Assembly (NCBI GenBank): GCA_963719515.1
Contig: CAVRCJ010000003.1
Coordinates: forward strand, 608,001 to 672,000
Direction: 5' to 3'
DNA length: 64,000 nucleotides
Source of the DNA: an uncultured cyanobacterium
Lineage (GTDB): Bacteria > Cyanobacteriota > Cyanobacteriia > CAKZMO01
Part shown: positions 50,191-58,923 of the stretch, in pieces
Position numbering within the stretch: position 1 is the first letter of the stretch
Layout: the number at the start of each line of letters is the position of its first letter
Made by a program: the position numbers and the translations under genes
The notes under the pieces: model-generated
The model's input: the letters and a program-made list of their open reading frames with translations, nothing else
What the model was told of the DNA's origin: nothing
The model's database searches: none

Positions 50191-51879
50191 TCAATCTCCC
50201 CAAACTTGAATATGGTAGCGGTACCCCTGCTCCGTCAAGAATAGCTGCCGGTGCTGAGCAAACTCCTCCTCGCAGGTGCGCGAAGACACCAGCGTATAAA
50301 ACTGAGCGCTGCGCCCGTCCCCCTTAGGCCTTAGCACCCGCCCCAGCCGCTGCGCCTCCTCCTGGCGGGAGCCATACTTCCCTGACACCTGAATCAGCAC
50401 GTCCGCATCGGGCAAATCTAAAGCAAAGTTACCCACCCGCGAGAGAATCAGCCCCGTCTCTTCGCCGCTGCGAAAGGCGGCGTAGAGGCGATCGCGCTCT
50501 TTTTGGCTGGTCTTGCCGGTGATCATGGAGAAGTCGACCCGCTCAGCGATCGCCTTCAATTGATCCAGGTACTCCCCAATAATCAGCACCCGTCGCCCTG
50601 CTTCCCGCTCTAGCAGCGCCGCCACCACGTCCACCTTGAGGGGATTTTCGGCGGCGATGCGAAACTGGTAGCGGCGGGAGGCCGTGGCGTAGTCCATCTG
50701 CCGCGCCTCGGTTTGCGGCACCCGGATTTCGGTGCATTCCGCCGCCGCAATAAAGCCTTGGCCCTCCAGCTCTCGCCAGGGTACGTCGTAGCGCTTGGGG
50801 CCAATGAGGGTGAACACATCGCCCTCGCGGCCGTCCTCGCGAATCAGAGTGGCCGTTAGTCCTAAGCGGCGGCGGGCCTGCAGTTGAGCGGTGATGCGGA
50901 ATACGGGGGCGGGCAGCAGATGCACCTCGTCGTAGATGATTAGGCCCCAGCTTTGCTCATCGAACAGCCCCAGGTGCAAGAAATCCTCATCTTGACTGGC
51001 CCGGTAGGTGAGGATTTGGTAGGTGGCAAGGGTAACGGGGCCGGTGGCCTTTTGCTGGCCGCTGTACTCCGCTAGATGGTCTGCCGTGAGGCTGGTCTTG
51101 TCCAACAGCTCCCGCTGCCACTGGCGCACCGAGGTGAGGCTGCTGGTGAGGATCAGGGTCTTTTGCTGCACCGCCGCCATCGCCGCCATGCCTACCATGG
51201 TCTTACCCGCCCCGCAGGGCAGCACAATCACGCCGCTGCCGCCTTTGGCCTGCCCCGACTGGTAAAACAGGTCGGCGGCAGTTTGCTGGTAGGGCCGCAG
51301 GTGAAAGGGCTCGCCCGCGCTGGTAGTAGTAGCCAGCTTCAGCGGTAGGGCATCGCCCTCTAGGTAGCCCGCCAAATCTTCTGCCGGGTAGCCCGCCGTG
51401 AGCAGCGCCTGCTTGAGCAGGCCCCGGTGTCCCAAGGCGACGGCAAAGGTTGTCGGCGAAAGGCGACCAGCCAGCAGCGGCCCCACCTGCTCGTGGCGCA
51501 GTAGCAGTTCGGCCAGGGGCTTGTCGGCCACCTGCAGCAGGAGTTCATCTCCCGAGCCAGCGCCATCACTTGCCTTCAGCGTCGTTAGCCCGTAGCGCTG
51601 CCCCAATGCTTCAAGCTCCTGAGCCACTGATTCGGGCATGGGGTACTTGGCGTGGGTGCTCAGGGCGGTAACCATATCGGCGACGGGCATGCCAGCGGCG
51701 CGGGCGTTCCAAATGCTCAGGGGGCTAAGGCGGTAGGTGTGGATGTGCTCTGGGCTTTTGACCAGCTCGGCAAAGGGAGCGATCGCGGCTTGGGCAGGCT
51801 TGGCCTTGGGGGCGTGGACATCCAGCAGCACGGTGCGATCGCTTTGGATAATTAGGGCGTTGTCGGGGGAGTAGCTCAT
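50191..51879 (-). CDS. XPB/Ssl2-like DNA repair helicase
   Basis: FAELVKSPEHIHTYRLSPLSIWNA, LRPYQ, LPCGAGKT, DEVH, GSRQEEAQRLGR. Confidence 0.93.
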   Translation of the reverse strand: MSYSPDNALIIQSDRTVLLDVHAPKAKPAQAAIAPFAELVKSPEHIHTYRLSPLSIWNARAAGMPVADMVTALSTHAKYPMPESVAQELEALGQRYGLTTLKASDGAGSGDELLLQVADKPLAELLLRHEQVGPLLAGRLSPTTFAVALGHRGLLKQALLTAGYPAEDLAGYLEGDALPLKLATTTSAGEPFHLRPYQQTAADLFYQSGQAKGGSGVIVLPCGAGKTMVGMAAMAAVQQKTLILTSSLTSVRQWQRELLDKTSLTADHLAEYSGQQKATGPVTLATYQILTYRASQDEDFLHLGLFDEQSWGLIIYDEVHLLPAPVFRITAQLQARRRLGLTATLIREDGREGDVFTLIGPKRYDVPWRELEGQGFIAAAECTEIRVPQTEARQMDYATASRRYQFRIAAENPLKVDVVAALLEREAGRRVLIIGEYLDQLKAIAERVDFSMITGKTSQKERDRLYAAFRSGEETGLILSRVGNFALDLPDADVLIQVSGKYGSRQEEAQRLGRVLRPKGDGRSAQFYTLVSSRTCEEEFAQHRQLFLTEQGYRYHIQVWGD

Positions 51880-51905
51880 AGGTTTTGTTTTTAGGCGTTG
51901 GGGCC

Positions 51906-53777
51906 TTAGCTACTCGCCATCGGTAGGCTGTACCCCAGCTTCCGCAGGCCGTTACGAAAGCGGGTTTCTTGGTCTAAGGGCACCACCAAATGGCGATCGC
52001 CCGCCAGCTGGCAATACTTTTTGGTGCGGGAATCGTGGGCAATTAGCGCGGCTAGGCTGGCGTCGGCGCATTCAATCAGGCGGGCTACCCCCTGGGCCTG
52101 CAGGCTCTCCGTGCGGCTGCGGCAGTCTTCGAAGAACTGCGCCACGGTTTTGGGCAAAGCTTCGGCGCTGGCCTGGGTGAGAAAGTCGTAGAACTCTTGG
52201 AGGGAGTGACCCGCTTCAGCGGCCTTAAGGATGGTTTCTCGGTCCAGCTTCCAGACGGCGTCAGAGGTCTGCTGGGTGAAGGTGTTCATCATTAGGGTTT
52301 CGGCGGGGGGGAGAGGGGCTCCCGCCATGACGATGTCGAGGTTGGGCAACACCCGCAGCGTGCTCTCGGTGGTGATAGGGGCCGGGGTATAGGCATCGGT
52401 GAGGCCGAGGCAAAAGTCTCCTAGGGGCGTGAGCCGCACCGCAACCAGGCCATCGTAGCGGCTGAGAAACGAGAGATCGTCGGTGCCCCAGAAGCTGTCA
52501 TAGCTGCCGCGGGGGGCCGCGTAGGGGGTGATGTAGCCCACGTCCAGCAGCCCTAAGGTAGCTGCGTATTCAAACAAAAAGCAGCGCATGTAGCTGTCCT
52601 GGAGAATGCCCCAAGACGCGCCATATTCATTGAGATAGCCGTAGCCCGCTTCGCTGATATAGAGACTTTCGGGGTAGCGGCTGACCTCAAACAGTTGATT
52701 GCTGGCAATCATGTAGCGCTTTAGGTGGTCAAACGTGACCCACTCCCCTGCAGGGCACAGCTGCAGGGCGTCAGTAATCGCAGCGCGCCGTCCGCTGACG
52801 GCAGTGAGGCTGCGCTTGGCTTTGCCGGTTTGCCCTTTAATGGCGTCGATGCGCCGCAGTTCGTCGAGCAGGGTGGTTTTCAGCCACTTTTTCCAAATGG
52901 CCTTGAGGGTTTTGTGGGGAGGCGCGCCCATGGCCTTTTGCCCTGCCTTGGTCAGCTGCAGCTTTTTGCCGTCTAAGCTGGCCAATCCACCCGCCTGCAC
53001 CAGCATCACCCAGGCAAAGGGCTTGATGACGCCGATGGGATCGTGGTAATCGTCGGCGGGTTCGTCGTCCTCGGTGTAGTAGTCGCCGCCCTGCAGCAAA
53101 GGGGCGATCGCCTTCAGGGTGGCCTTGCTGGGCATGTAGGTTTTGTCACTGACGCTCACCTTGCCCAGGTGAATCAGCCGCAGCACCGCGAGCAAGTTCT
53201 GCTGGGCGGCTTGTTCCCTAAGGGCGATGGCGATGGGCACCGCTGCTACCGTCTTGATGGACTTACGCTGCTCGTAGTCAAAGTGACGGTGCTGTACCTC
53301 AAACACCTCCGGCAGCGTTTCACTGCTGTTCAGGGTGAGCAGCGGGGGCTGCGGCACAAATGCCTTGAGCTTTTGCTGCAGCGCTTCTGGCATCAGGGAG
53401 GCAGAGTCATACCGGCTACCGGGATAGAAAAACAGATCGAGCTTGGCGGCGGGCTGGCTGTAGCGCATAAACGAGCCACGATTCTCCCAGGTCGGTAAGT
53501 CGCCGTATTTGGCCCGAAACTGCTCCGCCTCGAAGCGGCCCTCGGTGTAGTAGATCGCTTCTGCAACGGCCGCCTGCTGCAGTTTGTCTAGATCGTTCCA
53601 CAGCGCCTTTACCCCCGGCCCCAGGAGATACCCTTCTATGGCATAGATGAGGTCGGCTTTTCGAGTCGACTTTCCTTGAATGGGTAAAAGATCAAGCAGC
53701 TTTTTAATATCTTCGACGGTGCGAAAAGATAATCCTGCCTGGATCGTGCTCAGCGATGTCAGCGTGGAGTCTGCCAT
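51906..53777 (-). CDS. XPB-associated protein with C-terminal helicase-associated domain
   Basis: 623 aa directly upstream of XPB; RLTPLG..CLG, LRVLPNLDI, WKLDRETIL.A...G...F..FL. Confidence 0.75.
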   Translation of the reverse strand: MADSTLTSLSTIQAGLSFRTVEDIKKLLDLLPIQGKSTRKADLIYAIEGYLLGPGVKALWNDLDKLQQAAVAEAIYYTEGRFEAEQFRAKYGDLPTWENRGSFMRYSQPAAKLDLFFYPGSRYDSASLMPEALQQKLKAFVPQPPLLTLNSSETLPEVFEVQHRHFDYEQRKSIKTVAAVPIAIALREQAAQQNLLAVLRLIHLGKVSVSDKTYMPSKATLKAIAPLLQGGDYYTEDDEPADDYHDPIGVIKPFAWVMLVQAGGLASLDGKKLQLTKAGQKAMGAPPHKTLKAIWKKWLKTTLLDELRRIDAIKGQTGKAKRSLTAVSGRRAAITDALQLCPAGEWVTFDHLKRYMIASNQLFEVSRYPESLYISEAGYGYLNEYGASWGILQDSYMRCFLFEYAATLGLLDVGYITPYAAPRGSYDSFWGTDDLSFLSRYDGLVAVRLTPLGDFCLGLTDAYTPAPITTESTLRVLPNLDIVMAGAPLPPAETLMMNTFTQQTSDAVWKLDRETILKAAEAGHSLQEFYDFLTQASAEALPKTVAQFFEDCRSRTESLQAQGVARLIECADASLAALIAHDSRTKKYCQLAGDRHLVVPLDQETRFRNGLRKLGYSLPMASS

Positions 53778-53883
53778 AGGGGTTTGGGCGTAGACTGCTT
53801 CAATTAAAAATACGCACTCTCAACGCTGGGAGTCGAGGGTTTTGGCTATCACAGTTATCTTAAAAGACCGACGTTAGATTGGC

Positions 53884-55920
53884 CTAGATGCCCTCAGAAA
53901 TTGCCCGCCAAACCCGCAGAATTTCCGCCACGCTCCAGGCCTGGGCAAAGCAGCCGCGCGGGGCGTGGGGGGCATCGCCATCAAAAATTTCGCTGACGGT
54001 GCCTAGGCCTGCGTCTGCTAGATGGTCTGCAAAGGGCTCTAGGTAGGACAACGCCCGCTCTGCGTCTCGATAAACCTTGAAGTGAGCCTGCACAAAAGGC
54101 CCCATCAGCCATCCCCAGACGGTGCCCTGGTGGTAAGCGCCGTCCCGCCGGTAGCGATCGCCTCCGTAGGTCCCCGCGTAGCCTGGGTGGGTGGTAGAGA
54201 GCGAGCGCAGGCCGTAGGAGGTGAGTAGATGAGCCGCCACGACGTCGACGACGGCCTTTTGCCGGTCTGGGGTAAGTAGGCGATCGCCGGGGAGACCATC
54301 GCCGTAGGGCAGCGCCACGGCAAAAATTTGGTTGGGGCGGAGGGTGCTGTTGCTACCGCCAGGAGCGTCGAGCACGTCAAAGCAGTAGCCACTCGCCTCG
54401 CTCCAAAAGCGCTGAAAGCCCTGGCGGCACCGTTCGGCCAGTCGCTCGTAGTCTTGGGCGGGCTTGCCCAGCCGGCGAGCCAGCTCAATCATCACCCGCA
54501 GCGCGTTATACCACAGGGCATTCACTTCCACGGGCTTCCCAATGCGCGGCGTCACCACCCAGTCGTCTACCTTGGCATCCATCCAGGTGAGCTGCACCCC
54601 TGTCTCTCCGGCGTACAGCAGGCCGTCGCCCGGGTCCACTTGAATGCCGTAGCGCGTACCCCGCTGATGCCAGTCCACCACTTCAGCCAGGGCGGGAAAG
54701 AGTTCTGCCATCAGCGCCGTATCCTGGGTAGCGGCGCAGTAGCTGCGAATCGCCTCGAAGTACCACAGAATGGCGTCCACGGTGTTGTACTCCGGATCTT
54801 GCCCTGAATCAGGGAAGAGGTTGGGCAGCATGCCCTGGCTGAGGTGCTGCCCAAAGGTCTGTAAAATAGGCCGGGCCAACTCCGGTTTGCCCGCCGCCAT
54901 GGTGAGCCCCGGCAGGCTGATCATGGTGTCGCGGCCCCAGTCCCCGAACCAGGGGTAGCCCGCGATGACTGTTTTACCGGGGGGCTTGCCGGAAGGGTTG
55001 TCCGGGCCGCCGCTTGAGGGACGATCGACCACAAATGAGTCGGCGGCCAGCACCAGCGGCTGTAGCCAGACTGGAGAACTCTGCTGAGAGGCCTGCCATC
55101 GGGTAACCAGCGCCTCATCCTGCTGCCTCCGGTCATCTAACAGCGCGGCCCCGTCAGTGGGGGTCTGACCGCGATCGCCCTCGGTCGTGGCTACCAGAGT
55201 CAGATCCTGACCGAGCCTGAGCGAAACATTGACTGTCGCCGCCTGGAGGTGAGCGTCGCGATCGCCCGTCCCCCGGTAATGCTCCACCGCTAGCCCAAAG
55301 TGATGCAGCCACTGCGGGTCAATTTGCGGCTGACCCCGGTTGCTTAGGACGTAAAAGGGCGCTTTATTGGGCGCTTCTACCTGGATGCCGCACCCCAAGG
55401 CGCTCACCGGCCAATCTCCGGGAGAGCTGCCGCCGTGGTGATCGCGGTGGTTGACAATTACCTTCAGGGCAAGGTCGAGCCTGGCTCCCCGCGTCAGGGT
55501 ATAGCGAACGCAGGTGGTGTTCTCACCGCGCACCATCCACACCCGCTTTTGTAGCTGCGCCCCCCCAAGGGCGAAGGTCCAGACGGGCACCGTACCCTCT
55601 AGCTCAAAGTGCTCGATATGTCGGTAGCCTTGGGGCTCAACCAGGCTGCCCCAAGGGTCTCCCTTTCCGGGAGCCCAGGCATTGGTAAACAACGGGTAGG
55701 CTTTGCCGCCATAGGTGGCGGTCTCGTCCAGCTTCGTCACCAGCAGCGATCGACCTAAGGGGGGATTGAGGGCCGCTACGAGCAATCCGTGGTAGGCCCG
55801 CGTCAGATGGCCCGCGACGGTCCCGCAGGCGTAGCCGCCGATGCCGTTGGTCACCAGCCACTCCCTAGCGGCAGCGGCCTCTAGAGTTCCACAGATCTCC
55901 CGGCCAAACTGAATCGTCAT
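53884..55920 (-). CDS. Amylo-alpha-1,6-glucosidase (glycogen debranching enzyme, GH133-like)
   Basis: REWLVTNGIGGYA, AGYPWFGDWGRDT, LTWMDAK, AYHQGTVWGW, QAWSVAE. Confidence 0.92.
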   Translation of the reverse strand: MTIQFGREICGTLEAAAAREWLVTNGIGGYACGTVAGHLTRAYHGLLVAALNPPLGRSLLVTKLDETATYGGKAYPLFTNAWAPGKGDPWGSLVEPQGYRHIEHFELEGTVPVWTFALGGAQLQKRVWMVRGENTTCVRYTLTRGARLDLALKVIVNHRDHHGGSSPGDWPVSALGCGIQVEAPNKAPFYVLSNRGQPQIDPQWLHHFGLAVEHYRGTGDRDAHLQAATVNVSLRLGQDLTLVATTEGDRGQTPTDGAALLDDRRQQDEALVTRWQASQQSSPVWLQPLVLAADSFVVDRPSSGGPDNPSGKPPGKTVIAGYPWFGDWGRDTMISLPGLTMAAGKPELARPILQTFGQHLSQGMLPNLFPDSGQDPEYNTVDAILWYFEAIRSYCAATQDTALMAELFPALAEVVDWHQRGTRYGIQVDPGDGLLYAGETGVQLTWMDAKVDDWVVTPRIGKPVEVNALWYNALRVMIELARRLGKPAQDYERLAERCRQGFQRFWSEASGYCFDVLDAPGGSNSTLRPNQIFAVALPYGDGLPGDRLLTPDRQKAVVDVVAAHLLTSYGLRSLSTTHPGYAGTYGGDRYRRDGAYHQGTVWGWLMGPFVQAHFKVYRDAERALSYLEPFADHLADAGLGTVSEIFDGDAPHAPRGCFAQAWSVAEILRVWRAISEGI

Positions 55921-55965
55921 AGGTGTCTTTGGCGTTCGCGTACCGGCATATCGAGGTTCCTACTC

Positions 55966-56595
55966 CTAGGCGCAAACCTTTTTGACGCTCTCCAGGTTCT
56001 GCGCCTGCTGCCACCAGGCTCTTAGCTTTGGCGTCTGGGCCGTAACGGCGTCAAATTCCTTGGTCTTGGACAGGTAGACAAAGATGGGAATCAGGTAAAA
56101 GTCAGCAAGGCTGATCAAGCTGCCCACGAGAAACGGCGTCCCCACGCACAGCGCTTCAATCGCCTCTAGCGCCTTCTTAGCCGGGGCGATCGCCCCCTGT
56201 ACGGCTTGCTCGTCCGGCTCGCCGCCCTGCTGAGGCACAATCAGCCGCTGAATCACGATGGTGCTGATAGCGTGCTGGTAGAGGTAGCTATCGACGATTG
56301 AGATGATTTGACGCATGCGGGCCTGCTTAAGCAGGTCAGACGGCGTAAATTTGTCGTTGGCCAGCTGATTGAAGTAGTAGGCTATGGCCCCCGTCTCATA
56401 CAGCAGGTGGCCGTCTACTTCTGCCGCTGGGACCTTTCCGAAGGGATGCTTCTTTAAATACTCATCGGTTTCGTTGTCTCCGTTGAAGATGCCAACGTCT
56501 TCTAAGGTGTAGTCGGTGTTGGCCTCGGCTAGCAGCAGGCGAATGGTGCGAACGTAGGTACTGACAGGCGTACCGTACAGGGTGATATTGGCCAT
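55966..56595 (-). CDS. Glutathione S-transferase family protein
   Basis: STYVR, HPFGKVP, LYETGAI, SLADFY. Confidence 0.92.
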   Translation of the reverse strand: MANITLYGTPVSTYVRTIRLLLAEANTDYTLEDVGIFNGDNETDEYLKKHPFGKVPAAEVDGHLLYETGAIAYYFNQLANDKFTPSDLLKQARMRQIISIVDSYLYQHAISTIVIQRLIVPQQGGEPDEQAVQGAIAPAKKALEAIEALCVGTPFLVGSLISLADFYLIPIFVYLSKTKEFDAVTAQTPKLRAWWQQAQNLESVKKVCA

Positions 56596-56825
56596 GGTGT
56601 CTTAACCTCCGTGAGTGAAATCGTGCCCTGGCCAAACAGGATAACCCATTCCAAGCTCGGCGCACTCGCCCGCAGATAATACACTATTAGAAAAATTTTT
56701 CAATAAATAATCATAGCGCTTTACCTCAAAAGACAGATTTCTTAGGAAGACATACAGGTCTTCATAAAGTTAAGATGAATATTTCTGTATCATAGATAAC
56801 TATAAGAAGCCTCCAGATCTAAAAA

Positions 56826-57032
56826 ATGCTTATACTGCTCTATGCTTTGCCCGGCGCGCTGACCTTTATCGCGCTGCGGCAGGCGTTTCAGGAAGACGCC
56901 GCAACGCCGTTAAAAGACGTCGACAATTGGGTCGTCCTTCTCGCGGCCTCCATACTGTGGCCTGCGATCGCCTTGCCGGTCCTCAAGACGACAATGCTCA
57001 AAAGACGGCTTCAGCATCAAGCGCCGTCCTGA
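56826..57032 (+). CDS. Small hypothetical membrane protein
   Basis: 68 aa, F..D..TP....W.VL.AASILWP motif. Confidence 0.55.
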   Translation: MLILLYALPGALTFIALRQAFQEDAATPLKDVDNWVVLLAASILWPAIALPVLKTTMLKRRLQHQAPS

Positions 57033-57075
57033 CCGCTGCGCTTTTAGAGGACGCCGGGCCGCATCAGGCTAGGCC

Positions 57076-58596
57076 CTAGGCGCGCGGCTTATCGCCAGGA
57101 CTGACGCTGAAGTTAGCAAAATCGATGTGCGTGTCCTTCGGCGTTGACCAAGAGCGATCGCCGCCGCCAAAAAAGGTAGAGAAGAAGATGCCGTCCAGCT
57201 GCAGGTCGTCTGTTGTCCGAAACATCAGCCCGCTGTCCTGCAGCACCAGGTTGCCGTCGAGCCAGACCCGAACTTGCCCGTCGGACTGGCCCGGTTGGTT
57301 GAGTACTACCTCTTGCTCTACGGTGTGCCACTGACTCGGCGTAAAGGTCCAGGCTCCCCGCCCGATGGAGTCGCCATAGCCTTTGCTCGTAGGTAAGTAA
57401 GCGTAGACTTCGCCCTGTCCCTCCCGTCGCCACATGAGCCGCGTCGAAAAGCCGTCAGTGCCGTCGGGGATATTGCCGCCGCTGGCCCCCGCTCCGCCAA
57501 ATAGACCGGGAAGCTTGCCGCCTTTGACGAAGTCAAAATTGTCGGCAAAGCGCAGGTCATAGCTGAGGCGCAGGCTGTCTTGAGGCGGGACGTCTAAGCC
57601 GGCGTAGAACTGTCCGCCCCCCAGAGGAACGCCTTCCTTACGGCTGACGGAGGGAGCTGCAGAGCCCTTGGGATAGTGGACCCGGAGGACGCCTGGCTCT
57701 CCCCCTGTAGACAGCACCTCAAAGTTCTCTTCTCCCCAAGCGCCTTTTTGCCGGACGTTCCACTGCGCCTGCCAATCGCCTGAGAAATCGTCGCTCCAGG
57801 CCGCGGCTGGGCTGGGCCGGACGCCGGGGCCAGGGTCGGGGGTAGCGGCCGCTGGCAAGATTCTTTCTACCACCGGGGCCTCGCTAAAGGTCGGGCCATC
57901 CGCTTCGACGCCGTTCGCTGTCGCGTTTCCATCAGGGCGACTAAACTCTGGGCTATCTACCGGCGACTCGAGCGGAGAGCCAGCGCGAGTGGAGACAAAC
58001 ATGCTCTCCTCTAGCGCTGCAGACTGGACGTTCTGCAGGCGCGCCAGCTTGCTACCAGACGTGCCATCGATGATAATGGTGTCCTTGCGGGACTGAGAGA
58101 ATTCGAGCTGATCAAACGTCAGGCCATCGGCCAGCCCTAGGCGGTCGGTGCCGACCTGAAAGTCAATGATTCTGTCGGTGCCACTTTGGCGCTCTAGCAC
58201 GAACACATCTTGCCCCTGATGCTTAGAGACATCGCCAATCAGCCGGTCGTCGCCCTGTCCGCCCCACAGCAGGTCGCTACCCGCGTCCCCGCGAATTCTG
58301 TCGTCGCCCTCTCCGCCAAAAAGCAGGTCGTTGCCCTCCCTGCCGCGAATTCTGTCTTTCCCGTCGTCGCCAAAGATGATGTCGTTCAGACTGTCAGCGA
58401 GTCGGCCTGTACCCGCATCGCCCTCAAGGCGATCGCCCTTTGCGGTGCCGTAGATAGGGGCATTGAAGGCGTCAGGGGCCAGCAGGCCGCGATTCTCACC
58501 AGCGCTAGAGGAGCGAAGGCCAGGATCTTCGGATGCGATCGCAGAAAAGTTAGCCAATGCGCCGTCCGGCATTGACTCAAAAGATTGAGGTCTCAC
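57076..58596 (-). CDS. RTX Ca-binding repeat protein with C-terminal PL14-like polysaccharide (alginate-type) lyase domain
   Basis: GGxGxD repeats; LRVHYPKGS, FDFVKGGKLPGL, FSTRLMWR, FFSTFFGG; start uncertain. Confidence 0.82.
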   Translation of the reverse strand: MRPQSFESMPDGALANFSAIASEDPGLRSSSAGENRGLLAPDAFNAPIYGTAKGDRLEGDAGTGRLADSLNDIIFGDDGKDRIRGREGNDLLFGGEGDDRIRGDAGSDLLWGGQGDDRLIGDVSKHQGQDVFVLERQSGTDRIIDFQVGTDRLGLADGLTFDQLEFSQSRKDTIIIDGTSGSKLARLQNVQSAALEESMFVSTRAGSPLESPVDSPEFSRPDGNATANGVEADGPTFSEAPVVERILPAAATPDPGPGVRPSPAAAWSDDFSGDWQAQWNVRQKGAWGEENFEVLSTGGEPGVLRVHYPKGSAAPSVSRKEGVPLGGGQFYAGLDVPPQDSLRLSYDLRFADNFDFVKGGKLPGLFGGAGASGGNIPDGTDGFSTRLMWRREGQGEVYAYLPTSKGYGDSIGRGAWTFTPSQWHTVEQEVVLNQPGQSDGQVRVWLDGNLVLQDSGLMFRTTDDLQLDGIFFSTFFGGGDRSWSTPKDTHIDFANFSVSPGDKPRA

Positions 58597-58861
58597 TTAC
58601 GTCTCCTTTAAGTCGCTTGATTTGAGGCAGCGCGATGCTGCCCTGAGCTCAGTCAAGCGGGAATAATTTGCCTTGCACTCAAACGCTGAATAGGCCGTGA
58701 GGCAAGTGTAGTGACCCTTCAAATACCTGTTGCTGCATAGAGCTCGCCATGGGGCAACTGAACCAGTGCAATAAGCGCTGTATGCCCCATCGGTGCAGCT
58801 CAAAATTTAGCGTTGCACAGCTACTCCATTTGACAGGCGCACCCCCTGAGATGTTCCCAAC

Positions 58862-58886
58862 AAAAAGGGTGCGCCGCAGCGCACCC
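58862..58886 (-). terminator. Rho-independent terminator after the alg8-like gene
   Basis: gggtgcgc-cgca-gcgcaccc stem with aaaaa on its left (U tract on the minus strand). Confidence 0.75.
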
Positions 58887-58923
58887 GGTAACCCAATTTG
58901 ACGAGTTGCTCGTTGACGAATTG

